Notes under the pieces: model-generated
Told to the model about the DNA's origin: nothing
What the model saw: only the letters and a program-made list of their open reading frames with translations
Databases searched by the model: none
Program-made: the position numbers and the translations under genes
In this document: positions 38,501 through 51,850 of the stretch, one piece after another
Layout of the letters: the number at the start of each line of letters is the position of its first letter
How positions within the stretch are numbered: the stretch's first letter is position 1
Assembly (NCBI GenBank): GCA_032718475.1
Contig: JAUCBJ010006988.1
Span: 146,075 to 210,074, forward strand
DNA length: 64,000 bases
Direction of reading: 5' to 3'
Source of the DNA: Nemertoderma westbladi
Taxonomy: Eukaryota; Animalia; Xenacoelomorpha

Positions 38501-41500
38501 ATGGAGAGGTAAGATTGCAGCTCCTAAAGCAGTCCCGAGAGAAGACCCCGGAGAATAAGGTGAGTGAAAAACCCGTTTCTAGGAGAAAGGTAACACCAGT
38601 GTGTTATACAGACGACGGCGAAAGCCAAACCTCCCACGAGGAGAACAGCGGGAAAGACACCGAAAGATTTTACTATGTCAACAAAACACAGAAAGACGTA
38701 AGTAAATCTAAGTCTCGAACCGGTAAGACAGAGAACAGGTAACAACAACTCCTCCTACGTCTCCTAAGAGAATTCATGGAAGAAAGCCCGAGGAAAGAAC
38801 AAGTGTGCACAACACCACACAAGTTAAAGTAAGTAACATCAAACCCAAATGTGCATTGTGCGACGGGCCCCATCGTTTAAGTGGATGTGATGAATTCTTG
38901 AAGAAATCCCTAAAGGATAGACGTGACGTCACGTGGGATAAGCGGTTGTGTTATAATTGTCTCAGACAAGGACACCAATGGCGGACCTGTTACTCAGACA
39001 CGAGATGCGCTAAGTGCGGTGCGAAACATCATATCTTGCTGCACACAGAATTTGAAAGAACCCGCACGAGTCAGGTAAGTGAGCCCGAACTACATGTCCA
39101 ATTCAATGATGTGAACGACACTGACCACAGCTCTGAGATTGAAGGATTTTACACAGATGAATTCTCCGACGAAAACGAATCCTGTTATATGATAAACACC
39201 GCAGTGTATCGAGCGCTTATGTATGAGACTGAAACCAATAACGAAACGCAACTGACTATTCCGGACCGACAACCATCTTGGAAAGCGCCAACTTCCAACA
39301 TCGGAATCCGGGAATTCCCGGTGGATCAGCTGAGAGTCCATGGGCTAGGTAAGAGTTTTATAGTAAACGCCCTCCTTGACTCCGGCAGCACAGGAACATT
39401 CATCGACAAAGAACTAGCCGAAGACATCTTTGCTGGACAACCCAAGTTCCGAACTTAGTTGAACCTTTCAGGAATTATTCAGGTTTGGAAATCCACAGTA
39501 GCTACAGACTACTATGCAGGCGCGTTGTCCACTCCCCAGGATGAACTAGGAGAACATAGCATAAGGTCAGTAAAAATGGTGGCGATAAAGAACTTTGCTA
39601 CCAGCCAAGTAGAACCTTACAACTGGGATGAAGACCATTTTACCCAGCAGCATGATATCCCTAGATTCAACACCGACTACACAGGGGTGCAGATATTGAT
39701 CGGCCAAAATGCGCATGAGGCGCTTGAGAAACAGAAAAACGGCCTGCTCGACCGCAACCATTACAAACATATGCGGGAAGAACGAGAGTAGGTTGGTACT
39801 TCACTGGACCTTCCCATAGAACACTCATGGAAAGACTACCTAACGAAAAGGTACATCAGGTGAGTGAATGGGAAGAAGAAATCAGTGAGGGAGAGACCAC
39901 AACTGTGGGAACACCATACTCCTCAGATAATGACGATATTAACCAATTATTTGACGAGGAAAATACAATCGACCTCCTCACCGAAAATGAAACTTGGCGA
40001 AACCAAGTAAACCTGTGCCATCTCATCAATCATGGCGGACAATTCGACTACAATGACGAATTAAATGAGGTGATAGATCGATACAACAATAAGATTCGCG
40101 ATGAACATACCGTACGATTCTTTACTCAAGAAGCCGTAGAGCCTAATTCCTACGACAAGGCCCTGTCCATCGAGGAGGAGAGAGACAAGCAGATTCTGGA
40201 AACGACTACCCGTTTTCTTAAAGATCAAGGTCGCTATGAGATTGGTCTTCCGTTCCGACGGCGAGAACCCAACTTTTTAAATAACAGACCTTTAGCGGAG
40301 AAGAGAATCGCGCAACTACATCGGCATCTTACGGCAAATGCTTCAGCTAAGGAAATGTATAAGACCCAGCTGAAGAAATTTATCGACAAGGGATACGCGG
40401 AGCGAGTGCCGGAAGAAACACCCATCACAGAGAGAACATATTATCTAACACATCATTACGTTCCCAAACCTGGTAAACACAACGAAGTCCGGGTAGTGTT
40501 CGACGGCTCCGCCCTTTACATGGGACAATCCTTGAATTCCGAATTGTTGCCTGGACCCAACTTACTCCAATCCTTGTTGGGAATACTATTAAGATTACGG
40601 CAATATTCTATCGCCTTCGCCTCGGATATAGAAGGCATGTTCTTACAAGTCAAGGCGCTGGATAGGGATCGAGACAGCCTACGATCTCTGTGGTGGCCTG
40701 AAGGAGACCTCAACCTAAAACCGGTGGAGTACTGGATGACCATCCAGGCATTTGGGATCATCTCGAGTCCCTCGAACACTTGTTCAGTAGTGCGTACCAC
40801 TGCTGATGACAACCAAGACACCTTCTCTAAAGCGGTTATCGACAACATCAAACGGGATATATACATGGACGACAATTTAAAGTCCCTCCCATCGGTGGAA
40901 GAAGCCATTGATGTTGCCAAGGGAATGGTAGAGTGCTTGAAACGCGGTGGAATTCGACTAACCAAATTCACTAGTAACTCCCGTGAGTTTCTGGAATCGA
41001 TCCCGGTAGAAGACCGAGGTGTTAAAGATCTGGACCTCATCAAGGACGATCTTCCGGAAACCAAGACGCTTGGTTTGAAATGGGACACGGATAGAGATAT
41101 CCTGTTTTTACAGCTAAAACAGCGAGATAATCCAGTTCGAACTAAATGGATTTGTCTAAGCATCCTGAGCACTTATTTCGATCCATTGGGATTTATTAGC
41201 CCAGTTTTATTGGTTGCTCTGAGCTTAGTGCAACAAATGTGGCTTGAAAACCACTCGTGGGACGATCCACTTAAGGGAGAACTGCTAAAGAAGTGGATGA
41301 AATGGGAAGATTCTCTACCTTCCATCGAGAACTTTATTATTTCCCGTTCATATTTTGGTCACGTTCTCCCCACGTATTCCTATCAACTCCATGTGTTTGG
41401 AGACGCCAGCGATATGGGAATAGGTTGAAACTCCGGATGGAATTAAAGTTGCCTTGGTTACCTCTAAGGCCTTGATAAAAAACAAGCTACGAGTTCCTCG

Positions 41501-43710
41501 AGCGGAGTTAAAGGCGGCTCTATACGCTACAGCCATCGGCCGGAATGTAACAGAACAGATCAACTATCCACTGGAGAAAACTGTCTATTGGACTGATGCT
41601 TTACTCGTTTTGGAGTATATAACCAATGAAGTCTGTCAGTTCAGCGTCATCGTTACCAACAGAGTAGCCATTATACTTAGTCGCACTAATGTAGATCAAT
41701 GGAGACATTGCCCTGGGACGATTAATCCAGCCGACATCGCCTCCAGAGGAGCAACTCCTCAAGAACTGATAGATACTCCAGACTGGTTAGGTGGACCCGA
41801 CTTCCTAAGTAAAGAAGAGGATGAATGGCCTCCTCATCTCACCACGGCTGAGATTAGACAAGCCAAGGGAGCGGAGAAAGTCAAACCCAAAACCCGGATG
41901 AGTAAATCAAAGTTATTTAAACCCGTGATAGATCTGTCTGTCCTACACATTTCCGGGGACGACGCTGTGGATCTAAACTTCCCCGCCACAAATAAATCTG
42001 TTGTGGAAATTAGAGAAAGAGACTGGAAATCTGGAACACCAGACGTCTCACAGGGACTCTCACCTCTCCTGCAGAGAGCGATAAATCACTATAGCTCCTG
42101 GAATCGGCTTTGTAAGGACGTCGTGTATTTGAAGCGATGCTTCCATCATCACTACTCCAGGACGAAGATCGCTAGTGATACCGCTCCACTGACATCCGTG
42201 CAGGTCCATGCTATTAAAGATCTTCCCAAATATAAAGTATCGGATAGGTTTCTGACGGAAAAGATCAGTTATCAAGAGCATGAAGAAACCAATAAGCAGA
42301 TACTGAGACTCCTGCAATGCTATGAAGATTCCGATAAGTATTTCCTGTTGTTGAAAAATCCACAGACGCCCTTAAGGGATCGTTTCTACGTTAATACGTG
42401 TTGGAGGGAGATTAACTAATGCTCCATTATCCTTTGACACTAAGTTTCCCATACTCATTAGAAATCTTGAAATACAAATCAAGATGATTGTAGATGTTCA
42501 CAGTAGGCTTTACCATGCTGGTAGAGAACGAGTTCTTAGCGAAATTCGAACTCGATATTATTTCCATAAACCCCGTAGAGCTCTGAACCAAGTTCTTAGG
42601 AACTGTATACCCTGTAGGAAAGCATTCAGTAGGCTTTTAACACAGCGAGAGGCAGAATTACCTTGGGAACGAGTAAGCTTCTATGAACCACCCTTTACTA
42701 ATACTGGTGTGGATTTATTTGGCCCTATTGAAGTATATCGTGCTAGGACTATAGTCAAGCGATGGTGTGTCATCTTTGTCTGTATGACTTGTAGAGCGAT
42801 CCATCTAGATATGGCGAACGATCTATCTACCAACAGCTTCATACTGAGTTTACGCCGACAGATCGCTCGCTTTGGAACTAGCAACACGATGAGATCTGAT
42901 AAGGGAACGAACTTCATTGGCGCCAATAATGAGATCAAAGCTTATGTTAAAGATTGGAACCAAAGACAGGTGGACGATCAGCTAAGGGTAACAGCATCTA
43001 GCTGGACCTTCAACGCCGCCGACGCCCCTTGGTGGGGAGGAAGTTGGGAGAGATTAATAAGGAGCGTGAAGACCGCATTTCACTTTATAGTGCCATGCCG
43101 CGCGTATCTCACCGACGAACTTTTGCGGACGTTAATGGAAGAAATCGCTGCCTATCTTAACGAGAGACAGCTTATGCCAGTCTCATCGAGTCCCGACTCC
43201 CTAGAAGCGCTAACACCTGCACATTTCCTACTAAAGAAACCTGTAGCCATTCTCCCACAATCGGAAATCACGGACGGAGACGAATACTGCCGACAAACTT
43301 GGCAACTTATGCAGTTATTATCCCGCCGTTTCGCTGACCATTTCGAAAAACATTATCTGCCTGCGCTACAACTTCGAACCAAGTGGTTTGCGCAGCAAGA
43401 AAACGTCAGCGCTGGAGACATGGTCCTTATTGTGGAAACAGATCTTCCACGTAAGCGGTGGCAGACAGGTCGTATCATCGAGACTCATATATCCGATGAT
43501 GGTTTAGAGCTATCGGTAGAACTCGTCGTCATGCGACGTAACTTTAAGAAACCTGGAATTGTATTCGAAACACAGCAACTCAATTGCCCAGTTGGTCGTT
43601 TATGTTTACTGGAAAGAGACAGAGAACTATCCGGAAACTATGGAAGGCAAGATACTCTTCCCACGACCACCTCCCTAATCCAACAAACATCTAGGGACTC
43701 CCCAACGTAA
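35593..43710 (+). pseudogene. Disrupted BEL/Pao gag-pol polyprotein (copy 2), ~2700 codons
   Basis: Knuckles CALCDGPHRLSGC, CYNCLRQGHQWRTC and CAKCGAKHHILLH; aspartic protease ALLDSGS (~39369-39389); RT YMDD (~40862); RNase H LHVFGDAS; integrase DLFGP/SDKGTNF/WERLIRSVK. Several frameshifts and stops. Confidence 0.94.
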
Positions 43711-45321
43711 CAGCGTCTGGAGTGGGTGTGTGACTATATTATTTTATATGTTTTTATTATTTTATATTTATGTATGTATTATTATGTAATTTTATTATAA
43801 TCGTTTTCTTTAATTTTATTTAGTAGAATGTTATTTTAGCGATTATTTAGTAGTTTAGTGCAATATACATACTCGTGTTTATTACTTAATTACTTAATAT
43901 TATATATTTAGTGCAACGGCGAGAAATAAATTTTTTTTCTTTTTCCTTACTGACCGTATCATATTATAAATGCGTGACTACAGTAAGATGAAATATCCGT
44001 ACTTATTAAAGTACAATAAAGCTCCTACTATACTCAAGTATTATTGGTAAGTAGAGTATTAGGAATGCAACGAATTGCAACAAGGAATGCAATTAGGAAA
44101 CGACTTGCCTCTTCTCACTGACATTGCTCCTTGCAATATTGCTCTCATACCGTATATTAAATAATACATATAGTAGCGTGATGTCCCTTTAACAGTAGCG
44201 TAGAACGCAAAATAAATCTGTTAAACCCTTTGACCATCTGTAATTCTAGTCGATTAAGATATCGCGGCACTCACCGATATACTTGAAAGACAAAATTCTA
44301 GTATCAGTGGTTAAGGTCCCCAGACAAGTTCTGGAATAATTCGGTGCCCATCTTAAATATTAATTATTTAATATTTACAAAAATCTATTAAAACAAATGC
44401 CATAATAGAGTAAATGCAGACAAATAGACTCTAAGGAGTTTGTAAACCAAGAAAATCTAGAAATCCAAAATCTGTTAAAATTCAGATCCTTTAAAATTCT
44501 AGTCGATTAAGATATCGTAGCACTTACCGATACTCTTAAAAGGACAAAAAAAAATTGTGTCTATTTTAATATTAAACAATAAAATTTACGGGAATAAATT
44601 TTAAATTCATATCCTCTCATGAATTTGATAAATTGTCATTTTATACAATTTATAACATTCCCAAAATTCCATTAATTAATAGATCATGGGAGCGGAGATT
44701 CACCCTATTAAGTATATTAGTGTGCGAGAATCTCCAATATCTAGTCAATAGCCGATAAATAGCATCCCAGATCTGTATGCATGAGAATTACCCTAATTCT
44801 ACTGCTAGCTTCCCATAATGTCACCATAGCAACAACCACGCTAGAATTAGAAGCGAGTTAAAAGAACAATAGAACGCTTGCCCCATTGAGTAGCATACGG
44901 AATAAATAGCACACTGCTAGTATCCAGGGATACATAATAATAACATGGCATTCTGGAAGGCACTTGACTAACGGACAAATGGCCCGAATGTGTACAATTT
45001 GTGACAGTTGTGTGGAATTTGTGCGTTTATAGGTGAATGTTACTACTAAAGTGTGTTTACAGTAGCGAGTCGCAGTTGTGAAAGTTGCCCTACCTCTGTA
45101 GCAAGAACCTGAAGTAATTCTGAGCCCTTGGGACGGACAGTGGAGTGATTCGCGCTGGTTATTGTTGTCGTTGTGTAGCTACTACGTTGGTGAGAGGCAC
45201 AGCGACGACAGTACATCAGCGCTGAGGATCTTGCGCTGTCCGGGGGCATTGAGGGGGAGGCAGCGACGACCGCTAGCCTAAATATAATTAATTATAATAT
45301 CAATAAACTCATATAGCAGCT

Positions 45322-48300
45322 ATGACTGCGTTGATAGAAGATGATCTTGGTATCAGGGAGTGATATACCATACCATTGCAAGCGTTTGTTGATAGTTTAA
45401 TACGCGGCGACGCTAGTCAACCCACTACGGAGGACGATGGCCGTTATATCGAACCGCCAATGTCAAAGGAACAGCTCACGTGTGAATTGGACTATAGAAA
45501 ATTCACCGCTCACTATACGCATCGTAATGGTACGTATATGGACTTCTTAACTACTGGTCACCCTATCGATTTACACGATATGGACGATGTAGACACCGAA
45601 AGGGAAATAATCCTATTTAAATATCATACCCAGCGGAGTCGGAACGATAAACTGAGAATCGAACACGAAAATTCTATTCGCAACCAACTCGAAAGAGAAA
45701 ACGTTGAAGAGCCGGATAAACGCAGTGACTTCAACGAATATCTGGAATTCTTGAGAGAAACATATCTCAATATTGCCAGTCAACAAAACCTAGAAACTCG
45801 ATATCCGCAAAGTATACATCATGACCCTATGATAGAACTCAAACGACTCTATTTCACTATGATGTATCTTACCGCCGATCGACCGCTACCTGTTGTACCA
45901 GATAGCTTCAAACAGATGGAGGAGTATTGTAAAACTGGAGAAAGATCACCCGCATTTCCTCTACAAGACGTGCGTCTTTGGTATTATTGCGATGAATGCC
46001 CTAGACCTAACCAACAAACAGAAAGACATAAACATCTGCGGAGACGTTGCGCTAAACACAGTTTTACTCGCTATACTTACGGGAGTTTCGAGCGAAACTT
46101 GTTCGACGTATCACCTACGCTCTCTCGACTCAAACGATCCTTAAATAAACCGATGATCAGAGTTCCGGAATACTCGGTCAGACCTCCTCATTCCCTAGTG
46201 AGACCTCAAACTCTTGATCCTAATAGTATAACGGATCCTGCTGAACTGTACTCACTGTTCAAAGATCTCGTGTTACCCGAACAATGAATCGGTGGCACTC
46301 CGGTAGTGGGCTCTTATGATATTCGCCCATCTTACCTAGCCGGATTGGGACGCGGACATTTAATATCGCCGTTTAACCCGTATAATCGTCCCGGTCTAAC
46401 CCCGATACAACCCGTCACCGAAGTCGAGGAGAGTGTTGTACGAAACGCGTTAGACGCTATTCGGCAAAAGATCGGAAAAGGAACTTACGATTGTTTGGAG
46501 AAACGTAAATTGCAGCAGCAAGTCCAAGCGGTAAAAGAATTAGCTTTACCTCAGTTCGATCGGGAAATCTCGAAGAAGATATCGAACTTGGACGAACCTA
46601 CTCTCTACAAGAGTTTTTGGACGAACGCTTCCAACGACAAGCGGAGGAAAATCAGCTCGAGGTGAAACACATCGAAAGGGATAAGAGAGAAGAAGCAGCT
46701 TTAGCCCAACCAGAAGCTCAAATCCTTATGACTGACCTGTACAACCTCAATCGGTTGATATCAACCTAAGATCTCGAGATCTTATCGCTGACGCTCCTAT
46801 GTTACAACGTCCGCCAATCGAGGCCGCTCGTGTCGACGGTATACTCGTTGAACCACCGGACAATCGAGCGGATCTTATCCGTCGTATGGTACACGAGGTC
46901 AACCTACGCGCTAGACCTTTACCGAACTCGTTTTATGGGATCAAAGACGACCCTTATTATGTCAATCTAACTCAATATTATATGGTAAAACCGGAAGATC
47001 CTACACATAGTCTAAGGTTTTTACCACTAATAAATCCCCTCGATCTTGTCGAACTCGAACAACTGCAGAAACATCTGGATCAGTTAGTGAAAATAAACTC
47101 ATTCAGAAAACCCTACAATGTTTCCAGAATAGAGAAGGATATAATGCCTCCGTATAATCTCGATAGATTTATTAAAACTCGATTAGTCCACTGGAATATC
47201 GACGTATTATTCAGGAAGAGAGAATACAACGATATGGAGATGTAGAGACGTATACTACACAGTATCTGAAGTATAGGGATCTACCTAACGCTAGCGAATG
47301 CGCCACCTTGTGGCATCCGGTGGGGATGACCCTAGAAAACGCCACTAAAGAGTGGAACGAAACTCTTAACGTTATTGAAATGTATGGAGTTGTCACTTAC
47401 GATAACGAAGGTAGCGTTCCGGTTGGAGAACTGGGAACTACGCTCATGATACATATATGAGGACTAGCTGGTTCTACCCACGTGTTTACTCGAGCGTGTT
47501 CTGACGTGATTGATTATTCTTTTGAGACTCTCACCGAGATACAAAAGAAACTCCGACATGGACAATTCGAACTCGCGCAGCGCTACGTCACCGACACCGA
47601 GCGCAAACCGGCCATGGGTATAGATGGATCGATGTTACCCCAGCCAGTGCTCGAGATGTTGTTTAACGAAAGAATCCTTAAAATCGGCTCAGCTGTTTAT
47701 GGAGATCTCCAAAACGACTTCAGGAACATGGAGAATATCCCATATCCTTTCGTAGACACCCAGCTGATTGCTCCCTGGGCAGAAGGCCGAGGTTTCTTCC
47801 GCACTATGTATGCCAATACATCCAGCGGCATCAATAAAATACAACGAACCTCCATCGGACATCTTGCCTTTCAAGAATACGGATGGAATTTCAAAGTCGG
47901 AAACCCTATCAACTATCAAAAAGTATATGGAGATCATTATTCTCGATTATACTTCGACGGAAAATTGACCGCACCTGGCATCGTTTATAGCTTTATGAGT
48001 GTTCCACTTCGTCCCTCATTAGCTATATACACTATCTTCGAGAACGCCGCACTTGCTGGTTGGCTAGCCGATGTGTGCAGTCGTACTATACGCGCCCATC
48101 CTTTGATACTTGGAACCAAACTCGCCAAGCTAGATGAACACAATAAATTCATCCGCTTCGAATGCTTTAGGCGCTTTCTGACTCCGTTCCGTAACGTTGA
48201 TAGTCAGTTCAAGGACCGCGCTCTGACCAAGCTCAGCCTAAGAGACTCAGCTGCTGAGAAGTTAGACAGCGCTGGATTCGCCATTTTCAAGGACGTTTGT

Positions 48301-49500
48301 TTACAGAACTTACATTCCTCTGTTATACAAAGACCCCGAATCCCCACGGGTTATTCTATCGTGGAAGTTCAGACAGTGGGTTCGCTTGAGGAGACAGCTA
48401 TGCCTAACTCAGCTATGCAATTGGAAGACGAACCAATTTGTTTAGAGTCCAAGGAGATTCAACCCACAGCGCCTAGGAGCAGTGACAACGACTACGTCCT
48501 GGAATGGTATAAGGTCCACAATGTCTCACCGCATACGATTATCGGCATGCCAATTATGTTTCTAGGAAACATTGCCGATTATGCGCATCTCGAGACCACT
48601 TCACCCCGGTGGACTCCAACGTACCCTGCTCCTACTTCCATGACCAACCTACGATGGAGATCTATTGTGCATATTGTAGACTCAATAACTTACACATTTT
48701 CGCAGTCTGCCCTCAATTTATGACTCAATGCCATCATTGCCAGTTTAAAGGACACGCAAGTTTTAATTGCCCTTTCAACCGAGATCTGGAAAGCGTAGAT
48801 GAAATGATTACCCTACACTACATTCGAGCCTGGGAAGCGAACGCGGATCGAGTCACGTCATCGATAATACCCTGGACGTGCCTATGAAGGAGTTTATGCA
48901 TTTCACCCGTATCTATTTGCTTCCGTTGAGCAAAAATCTCGCACACCGAGTTATGAACTAATGAAGCGTGTTGGCGAGAATATTTCGACCAAATTTGTTC
49001 GTAAATATCTCAGGAACATTAATCCCAATGATCTTAATTCCTATAACTTGATCAACTTCATCCGTCAAGATCCGGAATATGGTGACTTGTTCATCAACTC
49101 GCATCCAGAACTACAGGAAGTTCATAGACGACCCTATGACTATAGAGCCCGAGAACGCGAGTTAGAAAGAACCATCAAACCGAGGAAATTTCTCGCTTCT
49201 CACGGTCCACCTACCGCTCTCGTGCAGACGACTCGTCAGGGACCAGTAAGAGTAAGAGCTGCTGTCTTGAAACGCGCTCTGAAGGTTGTTCGACCTCGCT
49301 CCACTGAGGTTGATATCGATCAACCGGGTACCTCGACCGGCGGATACACCGACCGTAACCCTAAACCTTCCGATGCAATTGTATTGCACCCTTCACCCAG
49401 GAGTTATAGCCCTCCTAGTAAAATGGCTCGCCCCAAAGAGAAAAGGACTCTTGCTAGCTTCAAAAAACTGCGTAAACGCCGTTCACGTAAGAAGGACTAA
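45322..49500 (+). pseudogene. Extra retrotransposon ORF (~1390 codons): DEDDy 3'-5' exonuclease-like domain, two zinc knuckles and a basic tail
   Basis: The six ORF-track pieces join through three in-frame TGAs (45361, 46285, 47458) and about five frameshifts. Exo I VVTYDNEG (D 47401, E 47407), Exo II LPQPVLEMLFNERILKIGSAVYGD (D 47704), Exo III PLRPSLAIYTIFE (Y 48028, E 48040). Knuckles CAYCRLNNLHIFAVC and CHHCQFKGHASFNC; C-terminus KKLRKRRSRKKD. Confidence 0.75.
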
Positions 49501-49569
49501 CTGTTTAGAGTATTTTTATATTTTAGAAACTGTGCTTTTTATATTTTATAGAATTAAATCCCATTTTCT

Positions 49570-49577
49570 GGGAGCAG
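49570..49577 (+). promoter_or_regulatory. Short polypurine tract candidate (GGGAGCAG)
   Basis: Purine-rich 8-mer abutting the TG of the 3' LTR; short and imperfect. Confidence 0.45.
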
Positions 49578-51347
49578 TGTAAAAGCTTTTGCGGACATAA
49601 CAAGTCATTTTTCCCCGCAATGTACTGTGTAGGTGCTTTAGCGGACATAACAAGTCATTTTTGCCGCAATGCGCCTAATACTCTAAAAGACTGGAGCTCA
49701 GATGACGAAATCTGTCAGCTGATTTTCTGTAAACGTGGAACCTCTTTGTTCTGCTCAGCCAATCAGAGCGATTTTCATTTTATGTTGGACAAGGGGCCTA
49801 CGGAAACCCGCGCAATGCATTACGGTCTTTGTTTACCTTTTCTGAGCCTCAGAACACCGGCTTAGAATTCTTCTGTGCTTCTGTAGAAGTTAGAGACTTT
49901 GGCCAAAACATTAGATGGCTTTGATTACAAGAACGTAAATCTATTATCTGAACAAACTACAACCCAAACTGCTGAACTGACTTGCATAAGTAACATATAT
50001 TGATTGTTCACCGCACTATTTTACTTCTGTTTACTGTCTGTTATTAATTGTTGTATATTGATGGATATGTTGTTATATTTGGAGAATACCGATAAATAAT
50101 CATAAAACCCCAATCTTCTTGATTACTGAAGGTAAGAGGGACCGGTTACCTGTAGCAATTGCGACTTACATTATAGTGATTTTGTGTGAATTAAATGCTA
50201 TTTCATAATCCCTACATGTGTCAGTTGCTATCCTCCTTATATATTATCAAATTCAGTGACGGTCGGCAGATCAGTGTGAAGTAGTGTGAAGTCGTGTGAA
50301 GTAGTGTGACAGATAATAAAGCATCTCCTAAAGAATGCGCTATTTACGAAACTCAGTGGCCATCTCGTTGTGTTTAGTATAAGTCATAACTCTGTTTTAT
50401 ATACTTAAAGCGCCACGTCCTAAAGGAACTGTTAATAATTCCCCGAAAGTGAATAATATTGTCAGAAATTATATAGTAACGATCAATCGAATAATACACG
50501 TTCGTGGGGCCTTCGCGCAGCACGAGGCCCAGTTATGAGATACAAATTAAAATTGTGCGACTGTATCACAAAATCAGGTTATGAGAGATTAACCCACACC
50601 ACCAATTAATCAAAGAAAGGGGGACAGTACGTGTTCACCCCTTTTAATCTGTGGTGTGGCTAGTTGCCACCGGTCACGCGGTCAGCCGGTACCGGTAGTA
50701 GGGTGGTACCATGGCCTACTACACACAGGCCATGACAAGGACTTGCCGTGAAATTAGCGTAGGCTGACTGATGAATTATCAAATATTATATTTTCCACGA
50801 ATGCAGGGTTCATATTTAAAAGAAGATGACTAGATTTTCGTAAAGAATTTAATTGAAACAGTATTTAATAATTAATAAATTAATTATCGCTTGAGTTCCT
50901 GCAGCTTTTATTCGTTTGTGGCTGCCTCTGGCTATGTTTGTGGCAGGAATGTTTGAACGCTAATAAGTCGGTCAATCATGGATGAAATGGAACCAAACTT
51001 GGTACTCATGTAGTCTATAAAAAATTTAGAAATTCTACACACAGACAGACTTCTACAGTTCCCCAGTCTGCCGCTAGGGGGCGAATTAACAGAAACGTAA
51101 AAATAGCTGTAATTATAGAACCAACGATCAGATTCATCTGAAATTTAGTAGTAGTTACCTAAGAGCATTGCTTAATTAGAAATTCTACAGAGACTTTTAC
51201 AGTTCCTGTCTGCCTCTAGTGGGGAATTGTTAGAGCTCCAGTTCAACGTGCTTAGCACGGTTTAATAAACAATCAATTAATTATTTTATTCAATACAGTA
51301 ATTATAACAGTAAAATGCAATGTATTCTATTTTTTAGTGAAATCAAG

Positions 51348-51850
51348 AGATAGGAGGGGGGTGGGACTGGACGCAAATCCCATCTTGGCGAATTAATATC
51401 CCGCCTCAAGGTTATCATTCATATGCGTACCTCTGGCAAAAGAAGCAGGTCACAGTGGTGGTGTTTTCTAACCAAAACAATACACTAATCTCCATTACTT
51501 AATTAACGGAAAGGAGCAGGTTACAGTGGTGGGCTTTTCTAACCAAAACAATAAACAATATCTCAATAACATAGGGTATTTCATACTTATAGTCTTATTT
51601 TTGCAATACGAAAATACCAGAGGTACGCATATGAACTATAAGTCGTCTCAATATTAATTTCTCAATTTTGGGAAAGGAGCAGGTTACAGTGGCACGTTAT
51701 TTTAACCAAAACAATAAAGTAAACACAATAGAACAGGTTAGTTTTATTTTTGAGAGTAATCAGCTGTTGTTATTTGCGTCCAATTTCCCCTGGAGAGGGA
51801 TTAATTTTTATTGCGTCCAGTCCCCCCCCCCCCCCCCCCCCCCCCTATCT
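51348..51850. mobile_element. MITE-like element with agatagg(G)n-actggacgcaa terminal inverted repeats
   Basis: Left end agataggagggggtgggactggacgcaa, right end ttgcgtccagt(c)ntatct; a shorter inverted copy is at 59033-59284. Confidence 0.7.

Noticed and set aside
45361-47460. Three in-frame TGA codons as programmed readthrough, selenocysteine or an alternative genetic code
   Set aside because: The ORF also has several frameshifts and is rich in CGA codons, so CGA-to-TGA decay is the simpler explanation.
45322-49500. Extra ORF as a retroviral-like env gene
   Set aside because: No signal peptide, transmembrane anchor or fusion-protein cysteine pattern is seen; it has nuclease and zinc-knuckle motifs instead.
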